This document shows, piece by piece, positions 36,537 through 47,111 of a stretch of DNA of 64,000 nucleotides. The DNA comes from Escherichia phage vB_EcoM_SYGD1. A program made the position numbers and the translations under genes. Numbering within the stretch: the stretch's first letter is position 1; each line of letters starts with the position of its first letter. The DNA lies in sequence record MW883059. One strand, 5' to 3'. The notes beneath the pieces are model-generated. The model searched no databases. It was not told where the DNA came from and worked only from the letters and a program-made list of their open reading frames with translations.

Positions 36537-38714
36537 ATGATTATCACCACCGAAAAAGAAACAATTCTTGGTAATGGTTCTAAATCAAAAGCATTTAGCA
36601 TCGCAGCAAATCCTAAAGTATTTAAAATTCTATCATCTGATTTGTATACAAACAAGATTCGTGCAGTAGTCCGTGAATTGATTACCAACATGATTGATGC
36701 CCATGCTCTCAATGGAAATCCTGAAAAATTTATCATTCAAGTTCCAGGACGATTAGATCCGCGATTTGTTTGCCGAGATTTTGGTCTGGGCATGAGTGAT
36801 TTTGATATTCAGGGCGATGATAATTCTCCTGGGTTGTATAATTCATACTTTAGTTCATCTAAGGCTGAATCTAATGATTTCATTGGTGGATTTGGTTTAG
36901 GTTCTAAATCTCCGTTTAGTTATACTGATACATTTAGTATTACTTCATATCATAAAGGTGAAATTCGTGGTTATGTAGCTTACATGGATGGTGATGGTCC
37001 ACAAATTAAACCTACATTCGTAAAAGAAATGGGTCCAGATGATAAAACTGGTATTGAAATCGTAGTTCCAGTTGAAGAAAAAGACTTTAGAAACTTTGCT
37101 TATGAAGTTTCTTATATTATGCGACCATTCAAAGATTTGGCTATCATTAATGGTCTTGACCGTGAAATTGATTATTTTCCGGATTTTGATGACTATTACG
37201 GCGTAAATCCAGAAAGATACTGGCCAGATCGTGGTGGATTGTATGCTATCTATGGCGGTATTGTTTATCCTATTGATGGTGTTATTAGAGACCGTAACTG
37301 GTTAAGCATCCGCAATGAAGTGAATTACATTAAGTTTCCAATGGGTTCACTTGATATTGCTCCATCGCGTGAGGCTCTTTCACTAGATGATCGTACTCGT
37401 AAAAATATTATTGAGCGCGTCAAAGAGCTTAGTGAGAAGGCATTCAATGAAGATGTAAAACGATTTAAAGAATCTACATCTCCTCGTCATACATACCGTG
37501 AATTGATGAAGATGGGATATTCTGCTCGAGATTATATGATTAGTAATTCGGTCAAATTCACGACTAAAAATCTGTCATATAAAAAGATGCAGAGCATGTT
37601 TGAACCTGACAGTAAGTTATGCAATGCAGGGGTTGTGTATGAAGTAAATCTTGACCCTCGACTGAAACGCATTAAGCAAAGCCATGAAACTTCAGCCGTT
37701 GCATCAAGCTATCGTCTGTTTGGTATTAATACGACAAAAATTAATATTGTTATTGATAATATTAAAAATCGCGTTAATATTGTCCGTGGATTAGCACGTG
37801 CATTAGATGATAGTGAATTTAATAACACTTTGAATATTCATCACAATGAGCGTCTTTTGTTTATTAATCCGGAAGTAGAATCGCAGATTGATTTGCTTCC
37901 TGATATTATGGCAATGTTTGAAAGTGATGAAGTTAACATTCATTATTTGTCAGAAATTGAAGCTTTAGTTAAAAGTTATATTCCAAAGGCAGTAAAAAGT
38001 ACAGCTCCTCGTCCTAAAACTGCTACTGCATTTAAGTTTGAAATTAAAGACGGGCGTTGGGAAAAAGAGGAACTGTTTACGCTCACATCAGAAGCAGATG
38101 AAATTACTGGTTATGTAGCATACATGCATCGTTCTGATATTTTCTCTATGGATGGTACTACATCGCTTTGTCATCCATCTACGAGTATTTTGACTCGTAT
38201 GGCTAATCTTATTGGCATTAATGAATTTTATGTTATTCGTCCGCTTTTGCAGAAAAAGGTAAAAGAACTTGGTCAGTGCCAATGTATTTTTGAAACTCTG
38301 CGTGATTTATATGTAGATGCTTTTGATGATGTAGATTATGATAAGTATGTAGGTTATTCAAGTTCAGCTAAACGATATATTGATAAAATTATTAAGTATC
38401 CTGAACTAGATTTTATGATGAAGTACTTCAGTGTAGATGAAGTTTCTGAAGAATATACACGACTCGCTAATATGGTTAGTTCATTACAGGGTGTATATTT
38501 CAACGGTGGAAAAGATACCATCGGTCATGACATCTGGACAGTAACTAATCTTTTTGATATATTATCAAATAATGCTTCAAAAAACAGTGATAAAATGGTT
38601 GCTGAGTTTACCAAGAAATTCCGTATTGTTTCCGACTTCATCGGTTATCGCAACTCTTTAAGTGATGATGAAGTTTCCCAAATCGCTAAAACTATGAAGG
38701 CCCTTGCGGCCTAA
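36537..38714 (+). CDS. rIIA: rIIA protector from prophage-induced early lysis
   Basis: 725 aa, the exact T4 rIIA length; N-terminal GHKL-like ATPase features; followed by rIIB. Confidence 0.9.
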   Translation: MIITTEKETILGNGSKSKAFSIAANPKVFKILSSDLYTNKIRAVVRELITNMIDAHALNGNPEKFIIQVPGRLDPRFVCRDFGLGMSDFDIQGDDNSPGLYNSYFSSSKAESNDFIGGFGLGSKSPFSYTDTFSITSYHKGEIRGYVAYMDGDGPQIKPTFVKEMGPDDKTGIEIVVPVEEKDFRNFAYEVSYIMRPFKDLAIINGLDREIDYFPDFDDYYGVNPERYWPDRGGLYAIYGGIVYPIDGVIRDRNWLSIRNEVNYIKFPMGSLDIAPSREALSLDDRTRKNIIERVKELSEKAFNEDVKRFKESTSPRHTYRELMKMGYSARDYMISNSVKFTTKNLSYKKMQSMFEPDSKLCNAGVVYEVNLDPRLKRIKQSHETSAVASSYRLFGINTTKINIVIDNIKNRVNIVRGLARALDDSEFNNTLNIHHNERLLFINPEVESQIDLLPDIMAMFESDEVNIHYLSEIEALVKSYIPKAVKSTAPRPKTATAFKFEIKDGRWEKEELFTLTSEADEITGYVAYMHRSDIFSMDGTTSLCHPSTSILTRMANLIGINEFYVIRPLLQKKVKELGQCQCIFETLRDLYVDAFDDVDYDKYVGYSSSAKRYIDKIIKYPELDFMMKYFSVDEVSEEYTRLANMVSSLQGVYFNGGKDTIGHDIWTVTNLFDILSNNASKNSDKMVAEFTKKFRIVSDFIGYRNSLSDDEVSQIAKTMKALAA

Positions 38715-38725
38715 TAAGGAAAATT

Positions 38726-39664
38726 ATGTACAATATTAAATGCCTGACCAAAAACGAACAAGCTGAAATTGTTAAACTGTATTCAAGTGGTAATTATACC
38801 CAACAGGAATTGGCTGATTGGCAAGGTGTATCAGTGGACACAATCCGTCGTGTTTTGAAAAATGCTGAAGAAGCTGAGCGTTCCAAAGTTACCATTAGCG
38901 GTGACATTACAGTTGAAGTTAAGAGTGATGTAGCTATTGCTCCAGTTGCTAAATCTGACATTATTTGGAATGCATCTAAAAAATTCATTTCAATTACTGT
39001 TGATGGCGTAACTTATAACGCAACTCCTAATACTCATTCAAACTTCCAGGAAATTCTTAATCTGCTTGTTGCAGATAAATTGGAAGAAGCGGCACAAAAA
39101 ATTAATGTTCGTCGCGCCGTTGAAAAATATATTTCCGGTGATGTTCGAATTGAAGGTGGAAGCCTGTTCTATCAAAATATTGAATTGCGGTCTGGTTTAG
39201 TTGATCGTATTCTCGATTCGATGGAAAAAGGTGAAAACTTTGAATTTTATTTTCCGTTCCTGGAAAATCTGCTGGAAAACCCAAGCCAAAAAGCAGTATC
39301 TCGACTCTTTGATTTCTTGGTAGCAAACGATATTGAAATTACAGAAGACGGCTACTTCTATGCTTGGAAAGTAGTTCGCAGCAATTACTTTGACTGTCAT
39401 TCAAATACTTTTGATAACAGTCCTGGTAAAGTAGTTAAAATGCCACGTACTCGTGTGAATGACGATGATACACAAACCTGTTCTCGTGGTCTACATGTAT
39501 GTTCTAAATCTTATATTCGTCACTTTGGCAGTTCAACCAGCCGAGTTGTAAAAGTTAAAGTACATCCTCGCGATGTAGTATCAATTCCGATTGATTACAA
39601 CGATGCTAAAATGCGTACCTGTCAATACGAAGTAGTTGAAGACGTTACTGAACAATTTAAATAA
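38726..39664 (+). CDS. rIIB: rIIB protector from prophage-induced early lysis
   Basis: 312 aa, the exact T4 rIIB length; position after rIIA. Confidence 0.9.
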   Translation: MYNIKCLTKNEQAEIVKLYSSGNYTQQELADWQGVSVDTIRRVLKNAEEAERSKVTISGDITVEVKSDVAIAPVAKSDIIWNASKKFISITVDGVTYNATPNTHSNFQEILNLLVADKLEEAAQKINVRRAVEKYISGDVRIEGGSLFYQNIELRSGLVDRILDSMEKGENFEFYFPFLENLLENPSQKAVSRLFDFLVANDIEITEDGYFYAWKVVRSNYFDCHSNTFDNSPGKVVKMPRTRVNDDDTQTCSRGLHVCSKSYIRHFGSSTSRVVKVKVHPRDVVSIPIDYNDAKMRTCQYEVVEDVTEQFK

Positions 39665-39679
39665 GGGCTTCGGCCCTTA
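39662..39679 (+). terminator. intrinsic terminator hairpin (TAAGGGC-TTCG-GCCCTTA)
   Basis: UUCG-tetraloop hairpin at the rIIB stop. Confidence 0.5.
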
Positions 39680-39692
39680 ACTAAGGAAAATT

Positions 39693-39887
39693 ATGTTAGG
39701 TTATCAAGCACGAGTAAAAGAAGAATACGATCAATTAATGCTCAAAATTAATGCACTGAGCAAATTTTTAGAAAGCACAAAGTTTCTAACGATTAATGAA
39801 GTTGAACAAGAATTACTGCTTTCACAATTTACCTCAATGAAATCTTACGCGGATTGTTTAGAGAAAAGAATTGCGCAATTCAAATAA
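39693..39887 (+). CDS. hypothetical small protein
   Basis: 64-aa ORF. Confidence 0.4.
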   Translation: MLGYQARVKEEYDQLMLKINALSKFLESTKFLTINEVEQELLLSQFTSMKSYADCLEKRIAQFK

Positions 39888-39890
39888 AAT

Positions 39891-39908
39891 AAGGGGCTTC
39901 GGCCCTTT
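39891..39908 (+). terminator. intrinsic terminator hairpin (AAGGGGC-TTCG-GCCCTTTT)
   Basis: UUCG hairpin plus T-tract. Confidence 0.5.
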
Positions 39909-39925
39909 TGTTTTAAGGAAAAATT

Positions 39926-40255
39926 ATGATTTATTGTATGAATATCGGTGATTCCGACATAAAAGAGATTAAACTGCACGGAAATCATCACGCTAATATT
40001 GTGTACTGCAATAAATTTGAGTTTGGTCACGAAAAACTTGGAGTTCTTTACTGCAATGATGTTATAATCATGGATAAAAAGGAACTCGATGAACTCGACC
40101 GTGAGTCTTTAGATGAAAATGACAGAATTTATTATGGTACTCTTAAAGTATATAACGCTTATCTCAGCGGTAAAAAGGAAAGTCTAAATGCAGAAAACGA
40201 ATCCGGGTTTACAGAGACTATTTCAGATTCCGACATTTACCCTATCGAACAATGA
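39926..40255 (+). CDS. hypothetical protein
   Basis: 109-aa ORF; overlaps the next ORF. Confidence 0.35.
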   Translation: MIYCMNIGDSDIKEIKLHGNHHANIVYCNKFEFGHEKLGVLYCNDVIIMDKKELDELDRESLDENDRIYYGTLKVYNAYLSGKKESLNAENESGFTETISDSDIYPIEQ

Positions 40256-40745
40256 TTTGACTAGTGAAATGAAGGTCAAAATTGCTGATACAGCAAGATA
40301 CTCTTTAAAACAAAACCCGAACCAGGATAAAGCAGAAGTTATCGAAAGATGCCGTATCGCCGTGTACGCAGAGTTTTTTGTAGCAGATTGGCTAAGCGGG
40401 TATGTTAACAAAGGCCAAGAGGATGTTAATGACCCGTATACATACGCATGGGATGTATTGGCACACCCAAGATACTGCGGGCTTCGTGTAGAAGTTAAGA
40501 CACATCAAACTGACTCACGTTGGATTTCGGTAACAACCGGATGCAGCGGAGAGTATCCATACGGTTCTGGAATAAATCTAGGGCCCATTCTGAATCATCA
40601 GGTCGCTGACTGTATAATTATATTCAACACTAAAGAAATTCATCCAGGTGTCATCCAGTACACTCCGAAGTTCATCGGTGATAGAGAAGACCTTCGTAAG
40701 GTTGTAAGAAAAAGCAACTACAACGGATGGTATCTTTCCATTTAA
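40188..40745 (+). CDS. denB: DenB-like endonuclease IV
   Basis: 185 aa, the size of T4 DenB, in the expected position after rIIB; true start uncertain. Confidence 0.55.
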   Translation: MQKTNPGLQRLFQIPTFTLSNNDLTSEMKVKIADTARYSLKQNPNQDKAEVIERCRIAVYAEFFVADWLSGYVNKGQEDVNDPYTYAWDVLAHPRYCGLRVEVKTHQTDSRWISVTTGCSGEYPYGSGINLGPILNHQVADCIIIFNTKEIHPGVIQYTPKFIGDREDLRKVVRKSNYNGWYLSI

Positions 40746-40761
40746 AAAATTTCACAAAACA

Positions 40762-40791
40762 GTTTACATACCACAAGGACTGTGGTACTAT
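40762..40791 (+). promoter_or_regulatory. T4-type early promoter (GTTTAC-N18-TGgTACTAT) with conserved leader
   Basis: GTTTAC 40762-40767, TACTAT 40786-40791; leader ACAACTATCAACTGATGCGGATTTGGAGAATAAA-ATG. Confidence 0.6.
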
Positions 40792-40825
40792 ACAACTATC
40801 AACTGATGCGGATTTGGAGAATAAA

Positions 40826-41032
40826 ATGTTTACTACAGCTGAATTAAAACGAGCAAAAGCTAAGAAAGGGCAAGGAAAATATAAAGCTGAATTAGTTAAA
40901 GAACTTCAGTTTGCTGAGGCTGAATTGAATTCAATGATTATTCAAAATGCTCCAGAAACTGAAATTGCTCTTAAACGTATTGTGAATAAGTGTCTTCGTG
41001 ATGCAATCGTCGATCTTTTAGCGGATTATTGA
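40826..41032 (+). CDS. hypothetical small protein
   Basis: ATG at 40826 after the conserved leader; the track start at 40727 reads through the promoter. Confidence 0.4.
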   Translation: MFTTAELKRAKAKKGQGKYKAELVKELQFAEAELNSMIIQNAPETEIALKRIVNKCLRDAIVDLLADY

Positions 41033-41301
41033 GTAAAATGAAATTTAAATTTTATTACGCTAAACATAAAATAACTGATGAGTTTGTGTCAGTTGAATAT
41101 TCTAGCGATGATGAAGGTATGATTTATACTCGCTTGGGACTATCGCACTGGGAGTCTGACACGCCTTATTTTTCAACTCTCGAAGAAATTACACGCTTAG
41201 TTAATGGTCATATGAATGATCACTGGGATGTAATTCTTTCAGATAGTCTTAAAGCGGCTATTAATAGTAATGAAATGAAAATCGCTGGGATTGAACTATG
41301 A
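41029..41301 (+). CDS. hypothetical small protein
   Basis: 90-aa ORF. Confidence 0.4.
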   Translation: MSKMKFKFYYAKHKITDEFVSVEYSSDDEGMIYTRLGLSHWESDTPYFSTLEEITRLVNGHMNDHWDVILSDSLKAAINSNEMKIAGIEL

Positions 41302-41486
41302 GTTCATTATGGTGGTGTTTTGTTTGGTTAATTAGTATTCCATTAATTTGTTTAACATTTACTTTTGTGATGAGGTTATTATGAAAATTTTGAATTCTGT
41401 ACTTATTGCTTGTGCGTGGTGGGTTGCACAAGTTTCGGCAGTGGTGATTGGTATTCACATTTATTACGAATATTTTTAAAAAAGTT

Positions 41487-41516
41487 GTTTACAAGACTGT
41501 TCCTCTGTGGTATTAT
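41487..41516 (+). promoter_or_regulatory. T4-type early promoter (GTTTAC-N18-TATTAT)
   Basis: GTTTAC 41487-41492, TATTAT 41511-41516. Confidence 0.5.
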
Positions 41517-41544
41517 TACCCTATCAACTACGGAGGAACAGAAA

Positions 41545-41658
41545 ATGAAAAAGATTGTTAAAGCTATATGGAATGTAGTTATAATACTAGTAGTTTTAAG
41601 TATATTCCCAATCGTTTTAATGATTGATGTATTAAACGCTTACTTTGGATTTATGTGA
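41545..41658 (+). CDS. small hydrophobic membrane peptide
   Basis: 37 aa, one TM helix; ATG after RBS GGAGGA. Confidence 0.35.
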   Translation: MKKIVKAIWNVVIILVVLSIFPIVLMIDVLNAYFGFM

Positions 41659-41863
41659 GGAAAATATGAAGCGTAAACGCAGTGCTTTTACATTTATGGA
41701 ATGGTTTTTCGATAATATTTTTCCGGCTTTATTCATTTTCATGCTGATTTTCGCCTTGGGGTCAGTTGTGGTTGGAATCTATTTGATGGCGGTTGTCGGA
41801 ATGGATATTCACCAAAATGGTTTAAAATCTGTGGTTGAAACAATTTGGAATGGTGTAAAATGA
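41645..41863 (+). CDS. small membrane protein
   Basis: 72 aa with two hydrophobic segments; RBS GAGGAAAA. Confidence 0.4.
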   Translation: MDLCEENMKRKRSAFTFMEWFFDNIFPALFIFMLIFALGSVVVGIYLMAVVGMDIHQNGLKSVVETIWNGVK

Positions 41864-41978
41864 TGAATTTGCTGAGTGGTTGGTTTTATATTCTTATGTT
41901 TTACATTGGTGCAAATTTCCCATATTGGATGGGATGGTCAACAACTGCATTTGGATTTTATACTCCCTGAGGTGAATT

Positions 41979-42194
41979 ATGAAAATTTTTAAAGATGTAA
42001 AGGTCGGTGAAATTTTTTGCTTAGATAATGGTGATCAGTTAATTCGTATTTCACCTCTTAAGAGCACTAGCGAGAAAATGACAGTTAACGCTACTTTAGC
42101 AAATAACAGTAATGAACGTTTCTGTATTGAAAATGATACTGAAACTTATACTGTAGAAGAATTCTGGGAATTAAGTGCCGACTGCGACGATTAA
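41979..42194 (+). CDS. hypothetical small protein
   Basis: 71-aa ORF with RBS GAGG. Confidence 0.4.
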   Translation: MKIFKDVKVGEIFCLDNGDQLIRISPLKSTSEKMTVNATLANNSNERFCIENDTETYTVEEFWELSADCDD

Positions 42195-42254
42195 TTTATC
42201 GGCCGTATGAATACATACGGCCTTGGAGTAGAAAATAATTTAGAGGAAATCAAT

Positions 42255-42698
42255 ATGAAATACATGACTGTTACTGATCTGAATAATGCAGGCGCAACTG
42301 TTATTGGTACAATCAAGGGCGGTGAATGGGTTTTTGGAACTCCGCATAAAGACATTTTGTCTAACCCTGGATTTTACTTTTTAGTAAGTGAATTCGATGG
42401 TTCATGCGTATCTGCACGATTTTATGTAGGTAATCAGCGTTCTAAGCAAGGATTCAGCGCAGTTCTAAGTCATATTCGTCAACGCCGGTCTCAGCTTGCG
42501 TGTACTATTGCAAATAACAATATGGTATACACAGTATTTTATCTGCCTGCTTCTAAGATGAAACCTCTGACGACAGGATTTGGAAAAGGTCAGTTAGCTT
42601 TGGCGTTTACTCGTAACCATCATTCTGAGTATCAAACGCTTGAAGAAATGAATCGTATGTTGGCTGATAACTTTAAATTTGTTTTGCAGGCATATTAA
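42255..42698 (+). CDS. ndd: Ndd nucleoid disruption protein
   Basis: [25 protein letters not shown]... matches my recollection of T4 Ndd; ATG at 42255 after GAGGAAA (the track start at 42207 is upstream). Confidence 0.65.
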
Positions 42699-42785
42699 TG
42701 AGTAATTTCCACAACGAACACGTGATGCAGTTCTATCGTAACAATCTTAAAACCAAAGGCGTCTTCGGACGCCAGTGAGGAAAAT

Positions 42786-42941
42786 ATGAATATTGCGAAA
42801 CTATTAGGAGTTATTTCATTTATTTGTTGGATAGTAGCATGTGTTTTAACTATCTGTATCGATGCTAGCAGTGTGTTTTCACAAGCTTTAGCCCAGGGTA
42901 TGTGTGCATATTTAACATTTGTGTTGTTATCTAATGATTAA
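42786..42941 (+). CDS. ac: Ac-like small membrane protein (acridine sensitivity locus)
   Basis: 51-aa hydrophobic ORF with RBS GAGGAAAA located between ndd and 52; below the track cutoff. Confidence 0.4.
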   Translation: MNIAKLLGVISFICWIVACVLTICIDASSVFSQALAQGMCAYLTFVLLSND

Positions 42942-43074
42942 GAAAATCTTGGGCTACTCAGTAGCCCTTGCTGCTTTATTGGTAGCACTATATTATGGAG
43001 TAATGTTCGGATTAATTCAAGTCGTGCTTTTCATTTCTGATGTTATTATGGCACTACATTCACTAGTATGGTAA
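42934..43074 (+). CDS. small hydrophobic membrane peptide
   Basis: 46-aa ORF overlapping the upstream stop; below the track cutoff. Confidence 0.3.
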   Translation: MIKKILGYSVALAALLVALYYGVMFGLIQVVLFISDVIMALHSLVW

Positions 43075-43078
43075 ATTT

Positions 43079-44407
43079 ATGCAACTGAATAATCGCGATT
43101 TAAAAAGTATCATTGATAATGAAGCATTGGCTTATGCTATGTACACGGTTGAAAATCGTGCTATTCCAAATATGATTGATGGATTTAAGCCAGTTCAACG
43201 ATTTGTTATTGCTCGAGCTCTTGATTTGGCGCGAGGAAATAAAGATAAGTTTCACAAACTCGCTTCTATTGCAGGTGGTGTAGCTGACCTTGGATATCAT
43301 CATGGTGAAAACTCCGCACAAGATGCGGGGGCTTTGATGGCTAACACTTGGAATAATAACTTTCCTTTGTTAGATGGTCAAGGAAACTTTGGTTCTCGTA
43401 CCGTTCAAAAAGCAGCAGCAAGTCGTTATATTTTTGCTCGTGTAAGTAAAAATTTCTATAGCGTATATAAAGATACTGAATATGCTCCGGTACATCAAGA
43501 TAAAGAACACATTCCGCCTGCTTTCTATTTGCCTATTATTCCTACCGTTCTTCTTAATGGTGTTTCCGGTATTGCAACTGGTTATGCAACTTACATTCTT
43601 CCTCATAGTGTTTCTTCTGTCAAGAAAGCTGTATTGCAAGCTCTTCAAGGAAAGAAAGTAACTAAACCGAAGGTAGAATTCCCAGAATTTCGTGGTGAAG
43701 TCGTTGAAATTGACGGTCAATATGAAATTCGTGGAACGTACAAGTTTACTTCACGAACTCAAATGAATATCACTGAGATTCCGTATAAGTATGATCGTGA
43801 AACTTATGTGAGTAAAATCTTAGACCCGCTTGAAGATAAAGGCTTCATTACGTGGGATGATGCTTGTGGTGAGCATGGCTTTGGCTTTAAAGTTAAATTC
43901 CGCAAAGAATACTCTTTGAGCGATAACGAAGAAGAACGTCACGCGAAAATTATGAAAGACTTCGGGTTGATTGAGCGTCGTTCCCAGAATATTACCGTTA
44001 TTAATGAGAAAGGAAAGCTGCAAGTTTACGACAACGTAGTTGATTTAATCAAAGACTTCGTTGAAGTTCGTAAAACTTATGTCCAAAAACGAATTGATAA
44101 CAAAATCAAAGAAACTGAATCAGCATTTCGTCTAGCCTTTGCCAAGGCACATTTCATTAAGAAAGTAATTTCAGGTGAAATTGTTGTGCAAGGTAAAACT
44201 CGTAAAGAACTGACCGAAGAACTTTCTAAAATTGATATGTATTCTTCTTATGTTGATAAACTAGTCGGAATGAATATTTTTCATATGACTTCCGACGAAG
44301 CAAAGAAACTTGCTGAAGAAGCTAAAGCTAAGAAAGAAGAAAACGAATATTGGAAAACTACTGATGTAGTTACCGAATACACTAAAGATTTAGAGGAAAT
44401 CAAATGA
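43079..44407 (+). CDS. 52: gp52 DNA topoisomerase II medium (GyrA-like) subunit
   Basis: 442 aa, close to T4 gp52; GyrA-like N-terminus (AYAMYTVENRAIPNMIDGFKPVQR). Confidence 0.9.
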   Translation: MQLNNRDLKSIIDNEALAYAMYTVENRAIPNMIDGFKPVQRFVIARALDLARGNKDKFHKLASIAGGVADLGYHHGENSAQDAGALMANTWNNNFPLLDGQGNFGSRTVQKAAASRYIFARVSKNFYSVYKDTEYAPVHQDKEHIPPAFYLPIIPTVLLNGVSGIATGYATYILPHSVSSVKKAVLQALQGKKVTKPKVEFPEFRGEVVEIDGQYEIRGTYKFTSRTQMNITEIPYKYDRETYVSKILDPLEDKGFITWDDACGEHGFGFKVKFRKEYSLSDNEEERHAKIMKDFGLIERRSQNITVINEKGKLQVYDNVVDLIKDFVEVRKTYVQKRIDNKIKETESAFRLAFAKAHFIKKVISGEIVVQGKTRKELTEELSKIDMYSSYVDKLVGMNIFHMTSDEAKKLAEEAKAKKEENEYWKTTDVVTEYTKDLEEIK

Positions 44408-44553
44408 GTCCATTCATAGGTATTACAAGCGCTGCATTAGTATCTGGTGGCATTTTACTAGCGGGTTTAGGTGTTGTTCCAGCTGTAGCAGGAGGTCTTC
44501 TTGCGTTCGGCATTCAACGTGTTATCATGACAGTTATCACAGTCATGCAGTAA
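44404..44553 (+). CDS. small hydrophobic Gly/Ala-rich membrane peptide (52.1 position)
   Basis: 49 aa; ATG overlaps the gene 52 stop (ATGA). Confidence 0.3.
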   Translation: MSPFIGITSAALVSGGILLAGLGVVPAVAGGLLAFGIQRVIMTVITVMQ

Positions 44554-44557
44554 TTTT

Positions 44558-44585
44558 AGGGAGAGCCGAGGCTCTCCCTTTTTAT
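44558..44585 (+). terminator. intrinsic terminator (AGGGAGAGCC-GAG-GCTCTCCCT + T-tract)
   Basis: 10-bp perfect stem followed by TTTTTATTTT. Confidence 0.6.
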
Positions 44586-44607
44586 TTTAAAATTTTTTCA
44601 CAAAACG

Positions 44608-44637
44608 GTTTACAACCAAAGCATACTGTGGTACTAT
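44608..44637 (+). promoter_or_regulatory. T4-type early promoter (GTTTAC-N18-TGgTACTAT) with conserved leader, upstream of motA
   Basis: GTTTAC 44608-44613, TACTAT 44632-44637; leader ACAACTATCAACT... Confidence 0.6.
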
Positions 44638-44678
44638 ACAACTATCAACTACTGATACAGAATTACGGAGATTAGAAA

Positions 44679-45314
44679 ATGTCTAAAGTAACTTACATCA
44701 TCAAAGCTTCTAACGATGTTCTGAATGAAAAAACTGCTGCGATTTTAATTACCATTGCTAAGAAAGATTTCATTACAGCTGCAGAAGTTCGTGAGGTGCA
44801 TCCAGATTTAGGTAATGCAGTAGTTAATAGTAATATTGGGGTATTGATTAAAAAAGGCTTGGTGGAGAAATCTGGTGATGGATTAATCATTACTGGTGAA
44901 GCTCAGGATATTATTTCAAATGCAGCAACTTTATACGCACAGGAAAATGCTCCGGAACTACTGAAAAAACGAGCAACTCGTAAAGCTCGCGAAATTACTT
45001 CTGATATGGAAGAAGATAAAGACCTCATGCTAAAACTTTTAGATGAAAATGGATTTGTTCTTAAAAAGGTTGAAACTTATCGTAGTAACTATCTCGCTAT
45101 TTTAGAAAAACGCACTCACGGAATTCGTAATTTTGAAATTAACAACAATGGAAATATGCGAATTTTTGGATACAAAATGATGGAACATCATATCCAAAAA
45201 TTTACTGATATCGGTATGTCATGTAAAATCGCTAAAAACGGTAATGTGTATCTTGACATTAAACGCTCGGCAGAAAACATTGAAGCTGTAATCACCGTAG
45301 CATCTGAACTGTGA
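44679..45314 (+). CDS. motA: MotA middle-transcription activator
   Basis: 211 aa, the T4 MotA length; position downstream of gene 52. Confidence 0.8.
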   Translation: MSKVTYIIKASNDVLNEKTAAILITIAKKDFITAAEVREVHPDLGNAVVNSNIGVLIKKGLVEKSGDGLIITGEAQDIISNAATLYAQENAPELLKKRATRKAREITSDMEEDKDLMLKLLDENGFVLKKVETYRSNYLAILEKRTHGIRNFEINNNGNMRIFGYKMMEHHIQKFTDIGMSCKIAKNGNVYLDIKRSAENIEAVITVASEL

Positions 45315-45324
45315 GGAATAAATA

Positions 45325-45654
45325 ATGAACAAGTTAGAAATTATCAATGAACTCCGTCGCTGTGCAGAACCCACCCAAGAGGGGTGGGATATCTGGTACC
45401 ACGGAGCTTATCTTGGAACTATCGTAAAGATTAAGACTGGCAAATACATGATTATTCGTGAAAGTAAAGATGCTCCAGTAGGTATTCGCAATAATTTCAT
45501 GGCAGCGATAAGTTCCTTTACGGATTCAGCTTACGAAATTTACCTTGCTGATTATAAAGAATTCCAGGAATCTCAACCAGTTATTCGCTCAATTGGTGTT
45601 AACAAAGCTCAACAGAAAACTTTGTGGCAGCGTATCAAAGGATGGTTTAAATGA
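45325..45654 (+). CDS. hypothetical small protein
   Basis: 109-aa ORF with RBS GAGGAA. Confidence 0.4.
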   Translation: MNKLEIINELRRCAEPTQEGWDIWYHGAYLGTIVKIKTGKYMIIRESKDAPVGIRNNFMAAISSFTDSAYEIYLADYKEFQESQPVIRSIGVNKAQQKTLWQRIKGWFK

Positions 45655-45917
45655 ATCCATTTATTAATCGTTTAAAAATGTTGAATGTTCCTTTATCTCG
45701 TGAGACTCCAGAAAGTCTTGTTGAAAAATTTAAAGCGCATGGTTATAAATGTACAGAAGAAGATATTCTTACAGAAGTTCCGGAAATCTGTTGGCAGACC
45801 GCATACTGGGATGAAAACCAAAAGTACCAACGACGGATTGTTTGCGCAGCCAACCGTTTTAGATTAAAAGATGGACGAACTCTTATTATTCCGGGTGCTC
45901 GTCATTATTCTATGTAG
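45651..45917 (+). CDS. hypothetical small protein (an open frame continues past the stop in another frame)
   Basis: 88-aa ORF; a second frame stays open from about 45911 to 46089. Confidence 0.35.
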   Translation: MNPFINRLKMLNVPLSRETPESLVEKFKAHGYKCTEEDILTEVPEICWQTAYWDENQKYQRRIVCAANRFRLKDGRTLIIPGARHYSM

Positions 45918-46089
45918 TTAAACCTCAATTAGTTACTCAGCAAGTTTGTGATGATGACCAAGGGTTTATTGATCAATATAGTAATTATTGGACACGTGAA
46001 GAAGCAATGATTATTGCAACTTACGCTGGACAAGTACGTATTGAACGTGGTGGTAGTGAAAAAGAACTTTACTCTGAGGACCTTTACTA

Positions 46090-46386
46090 ATGAATATTAA
46101 AAAGTTTCAAATTGATGGAATTATGAATCAAATCCAGGCATTGGAATATGCCAATAAAATGATGTCAACCAAATGGGGAATTTATGCCAATGAACCGGCA
46201 TTTCAGTTCTGTAATATGGAATTCACTAAAAAGCTCGTAGGAAAAGATTATGTATGTCCATTTAGTTCCCCAATAAATGGAATGCTAAAGCCGGCTTTAC
46301 GCGATCTTTATATTGCGATGAACGAAGAAATGATAAAAGAACTAAAACGTCAACTGAAGGTGATTCAATTTGGCCAGGGAAATTAA
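46090..46386 (+). CDS. hypothetical small protein
   Basis: 98-aa ORF. Confidence 0.4.
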   Translation: MNIKKFQIDGIMNQIQALEYANKMMSTKWGIYANEPAFQFCNMEFTKKLVGKDYVCPFSSPINGMLKPALRDLYIAMNEEMIKELKRQLKVIQFGQGN

Positions 46387-46588
46387 TTCAAAATCCGATT
46401 ATTTTAACTCTCTCAATGATAAAGATAAAAATCTAATACGGCATTTTATTGTTGAGATGGGATATACTGATACACGTGATTTAAGAGAACATATATTTGA
46501 ATGTGGTGTAGCTAAAAAGTTTTCATTCACATGCAAATGTTTAAGAGAGGTAATTCAGCATTATGAACAATTTAGTCGCAAAACATAA
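46370..46588 (+). CDS. hypothetical small protein
   Basis: 72-aa ORF. Confidence 0.3.
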   Translation: MAREINSKSDYFNSLNDKDKNLIRHFIVEMGYTDTRDLREHIFECGVAKKFSFTCKCLREVIQHYEQFSRKT

Positions 46589-46671
46589 TTTTAATAGAGC
46601 TTCTGTCCATAAAGATAAGAAGAAAGCGTTTAAAGAATCTAATCGCAAACAGAAACATAAGGGGAAGGTCT

Positions 46672-46950
46672 ATGATTATTGATTCTCAATCTGTAGTTCA
46701 ATATACAATAAAAATTGATATTCTAGAAAAGCTATATAAGTTTCTACCAAATTTATACCACTCAATTGTTAATGAATTAGTTGAAGAACTACATCTCGAG
46801 AATAATGATTTCTTGGTTGGAACTTATAAAGACCTCTCAAAAGCAGGATATTTTTACGTAATTCCAGCTCCAGGAAAAAGTATTGATGATGTATTAAAAA
46901 CTATAATGATTTACGTCCATGATTACGAAATTGAAGATTATTTCGAATGA
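46672..46950 (+). CDS. arn: Arn-like anti-restriction protein
   Basis: 92 aa, acidic, immediately upstream of asiA as T4 arn; assignment by size and position. Confidence 0.5.
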   Translation: MIIDSQSVVQYTIKIDILEKLYKFLPNLYHSIVNELVEELHLENNDFLVGTYKDLSKAGYFYVIPAPGKSIDDVLKTIMIYVHDYEIEDYFE

Positions 46951-47111
46951 GTCATAATCTTGAAAAGGTAATCGAGCATAATGTAGCTCAGGAACGCGAG
47001 TCGTTCAAGGAATTCGTAGAAAAAATTTTTGAAGAAAATAACACAGACCAGTTTACAAATCAAGTGTCTGATGATATTATAATAAAGTCAACTAATTGAG
47101 TGGTATAGTTA

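Noticed and set aside
42759-42774. GGCGTC-TTCG-GACGCC hairpin as a transcription terminator
   Set aside because: It has no downstream T-tract and sits directly before the RBS of the ac-like ORF; more likely an RNA-stabilising or processing structure than a terminator.
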